From Myxococcota bacterium (GTDB lineage: Bacteria; Myxococcota_A; UBA796; GCA-2862545): a stretch of DNA of 64,000 nt. The notes beneath the pieces were generated by a model, which searched no databases, was not told where the DNA came from, and was given only the letters and a program-made list of their open reading frames with translations. A program made the position numbers and the translations under genes. Location of the stretch: contig JBCCQY010000016.1 of assembly GCA_039208735.1 (NCBI GenBank), positions 1 to 64,000 of the forward strand, in the 5' to 3' direction. Below, one piece after another: positions 61,349 through 64,000 of this stretch (positions are counted from its first letter, which is position 1; each line of letters opens with the position of its first letter).

Positions 61349-63508
61349 TCAGCCCATGGTTCGCTGAACGGCCTCGACCCCAGGCAATCTCTCGATGCTT
61401 CGGATGAGGCGCGTCAGCTCGTGCACGTCACGGAGCGACAATTCGAGGTTCACCATCGCAGGATTTTCCCCCGCGGTCCGTGCCTCGGCCCTCAGAATGT
61501 TCACACCACTCTGCTCGCACACTTTGGAGATGTTGGCGAGCATTCCCGGCCGATCACTGCAATGAATCGCGATCGCCCCTGCATGCTTGCACTCCGAGCC
61601 CTTTTCCCACTCGACGGGGATCTGACGAGCCCCATCCATGGATCCAAGCTGCTCACACGCCTGTTTGTGGACGGTGATGCCTCGCCCGCGCGTGATGAAC
61701 CCCACCACGTCTTCGCCAGGAAGAGGGGCACAGCACCGCGCAAAGGTGACGAGCACGCCATCTTCCCCACTGATGAGCACCGGAGAGGTCGTCGGACGGC
61801 GGAACTGACGATTGAGCCAGGAAGTGAGTCCATTCTGCTGTGCCGGCTGGGGACCCAGTTCGGCCCCCTCGGGGAGCAAGTCGCGCGCGACCCGTTTGAG
61901 CCCTTCGGCTCCCCGTGCCACATCGACCAAGAAGGGTTCGATGTCGCGGTGACCACGTTGCTTGAGGCAATCCTTGAGGAGCCCTTCGCGTTGCGCACGC
62001 TGCAACGAGTAGCCGTGGCGCTTCAGCTCTCCGTCGAGCATTTCACGCCCCAGACGAGCCCCTTGCTCTTCCTCGAGTTGCCGCAGGTGCCGACGAATCT
62101 TCTGAATCGCACGAGAGGTTCGAGCGATTTGGAGCCAATCTCGGTTCGGACGTTGGCTCTCAGACGTGAGGATCTCGAGCACGTCCCCCGACTGCAGTTC
62201 GTACCGCAACGGCACCATTTTGCCGTTGACCCGGGCCCCCGTACAATGCTCGCCCACGTCGGTGTGGACGGCATAGGCGAAATCGAGCGCCGTGGCCCCG
62301 GCGGGGAATCGTTTCACATCCCCCATGGGCGTAAACACGAAGACCTCGTCCGAGTAAAACTCGACTTTGACGGCCTCCATGAATTCGGTGGCGTCTTCGG
62401 CTTCGCGGACCGCGTCGAACACTTCGCGAATTTTACCGATGCGTAGCACATCTTCAGGGGACAGGGCGAGATGCCCCTCCTTGTACTGCCAGTGCGCCGC
62501 GATGCCTTCTTCGGCCACCCGATCCATCTCGTCGGTACGAATCTGGATTTCGACACGCCGATCGTCCCGGCCCGTGACGGTGGTGTGCAGCGACTGGTAG
62601 CCATTCGCCTTGGGTCTCGCGATGTAGTCCTTGATTCGATCCGGAATCGGCGGGTACTTCGCGTGGACCAGCCCCAATGCGGCGTAGCAGGTGCCCACGT
62701 CATCCACGAGAATGCGGAAGGCCAGCAAGTCGGGAATGTCCTGCACATCGAGCCCGCGAGACAGCATCTTGCGATGGATACTCGCCGCCGATTTCGCGCG
62801 ACCCTTCACGCGAGCCGTGATGCCGTGTTCGGCAAGGTGCTCACGCAGATGGCGCGCCACGTGCTCGGTGTATTCCGCACGGTCCGCTTGGCTCGTCTCG
62901 AGGTAGTCGACGACGTGCTCGTAGGCGTTTGGAGCCAACGCCTCGAAGCAGTAGTCTTCGAGACGGGACTTGATGCGGGAGAGTCCCAGTCGGTTTGCGA
63001 TCGGGACGTAGATCTCCTTCGTCTCGTTCGCGATCATCGCCCTCTTTTCAGGTCGATGATGCCGAATGGTGCTCATGTTGTGGAGCCGGTCCGCGAGCTT
63101 CACCAAGATGACGCGCAGGTCGCGACTCATCGCGAGCATCATCTTACGGAAGTTCTCGGCCGCCAACTCCTCTCGGGACCGGAAGCGCAGTTTGCCGATC
63201 TTGGTGACCCCATCGACCAAGCCCGTGACGACAGGACCGATTTCGGCCTGCATCTCTTCTTTGGTGATGGGGTTGTCCTCGAGTGCATCATGCAGCAAGG
63301 CCGTCGCGATCGTTTCGACGTCCATACGGAGGTCGGCCAGGATCATCGCCACGGCAAGCGGATGCGTGAGGTAGGGCTCACCAGACTTGCGGGTCTGTCC
63401 CGCATGCGCCCGAGCGGCCAGCAAGTAGGCCGTCATCACGGGCTTCAGGTCGGCGTCGGGGCTGTACCCCTTGATGCGCTCCATGATGTCGGAAATCGTT
63501 GGAGTCAC
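61349..63508 (-). CDS. rel: Bifunctional (p)ppGpp synthetase/hydrolase (long RSH)
   Basis: Motifs RKSGEPYLTHP, LLHDALED (HD intact), RIKDYI, YQSLHT, TGS DFAYAVHT, CC and ACT domain. GTG start with GAGG RBS. Confidence 0.96.
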   Translation of the reverse strand: MTPTISDIMERIKGYSPDADLKPVMTAYLLAARAHAGQTRKSGEPYLTHPLAVAMILADLRMDVETIATALLHDALEDNPITKEEMQAEIGPVVTGLVDGVTKIGKLRFRSREELAAENFRKMMLAMSRDLRVILVKLADRLHNMSTIRHHRPEKRAMIANETKEIYVPIANRLGLSRIKSRLEDYCFEALAPNAYEHVVDYLETSQADRAEYTEHVARHLREHLAEHGITARVKGRAKSAASIHRKMLSRGLDVQDIPDLLAFRILVDDVGTCYAALGLVHAKYPPIPDRIKDYIARPKANGYQSLHTTVTGRDDRRVEIQIRTDEMDRVAEEGIAAHWQYKEGHLALSPEDVLRIGKIREVFDAVREAEDATEFMEAVKVEFYSDEVFVFTPMGDVKRFPAGATALDFAYAVHTDVGEHCTGARVNGKMVPLRYELQSGDVLEILTSESQRPNRDWLQIARTSRAIQKIRRHLRQLEEEQGARLGREMLDGELKRHGYSLQRAQREGLLKDCLKQRGHRDIEPFLVDVARGAEGLKRVARDLLPEGAELGPQPAQQNGLTSWLNRQFRRPTTSPVLISGEDGVLVTFARCCAPLPGEDVVGFITRGRGITVHKQACEQLGSMDGARQIPVEWEKGSECKHAGAIAIHCSDRPGMLANISKVCEQSGVNILRAEARTAGENPAMVNLELSLRDVHELTRLIRSIERLPGVEAVQRTMG

Positions 63509-63515
63509 AAGACCT

Positions 63516-63932
63516 CTATCGATCGTTATATCCCCGTTCTGGACCAATGGGCGTGCGCAACGCTCGAAGTTGATCGAGCACCAGCTTGGCGCGAGCCATA
63601 TCGTCGCCCGCCTGGTGACGAATCCAAAATGCGGTCCGCCAGGCGAGGTAAGCCGCCGACCAATCCGATGCGCGACGGGCCAGTTCCGCCGTCCATTCTT
63701 CGACTTGGACCACCCGACGCAAGCGCCAACCGTCCTCCATGGCCGCCGTGGCGTGGGCGTAAGCCGCATGGCGCGCCACATCGAGGCGCCGGGCCACCTC
63801 TTCCGGATCCACGTCCGGGTCCCGAAGGCCCTCCCACGCGGATTGCATGACACCGAGGAGCGACTCCCCACTCGGCGTAGGCGCCACCTTCGGCAATGGC
63901 TCGGCGAACAAGGGTTCGGGCAGCTCGGTCAT
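63516..63932 (-). CDS. Hypothetical helical protein upstream of rel
   Basis: ORF ends 7 nt before the rel start and has protein-like composition. Confidence 0.6.
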   Translation of the reverse strand: MTELPEPLFAEPLPKVAPTPSGESLLGVMQSAWEGLRDPDVDPEEVARRLDVARHAAYAHATAAMEDGWRLRRVVQVEEWTAELARRASDWSAAYLAWRTAFWIRHQAGDDMARAKLVLDQLRALRTPIGPERGYNDR

Positions 63933-64000
63933 GCAGGCTCCAGCAGGCCGGGGCGAACGATCCAACGACGAGGGGGCGCCCTCACGAGATCCGCAAGCCG
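63929..64000 (-). CDS. Possible 3' end of a gene running off the window
   Basis: Open frame RLADLVRAPPRRWIVRPGLLEPA* with an ATGA overlap on the next gene. Confidence 0.35.
   Translation of the reverse strand, partial: RLADLVRAPPRRWIVRPGLLEPA

Overview
This is a gene-dense, GC-rich chromosomal window with about 57 CDS. I found no rRNA, tRNA, CRISPR array, transposase, integrase or phage gene. The gene content (two Hanks-type Ser/Thr kinases, many lipoproteins, an aroK-aroB-lipoprotein-TPR-aroQ-accB-accC-ung run, TamAB, an AglS/ExbD-like domain, an MbnPH pair) suggests a Myxococcota-like bacterium, which is an inference. Housekeeping genes are mrp, moaA, aroK/B/Q, accB/C, ung, tamA/B, ldh, type-2 ileS, purM/N and rel. 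The strongest candidate for an undescribed system is a four-gene exported operon on the minus strand (43072-38874). It encodes a heme-c-fused PHM/DbM-type copper monooxygenase, an MbnP protein with a WxW motif, an MbnH-type di-heme enzyme and a His-motif lipoprotein, and it lies downstream of a perfect 13-1-13 palindrome (43133-43159). Other oddities are a lipoprotein fusing ExbD/AglS-like domains to an intact CHAT protease, a stand-alone protein the size of the GyrB ATPase fragment, a fused HcrC-HcrA plus HcrB molybdoenzyme with no aromatic-degradation neighbours, an M1-peptidase-like/beta-barrel fusion, an Mrp lacking CxxC coupled to moaA, and an ANT(2'')-like fusion. All calls come from motif recognition by eye; no database search was run. 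Start codons were re-picked from RBS and overlap evidence where the ORF track over-extends.
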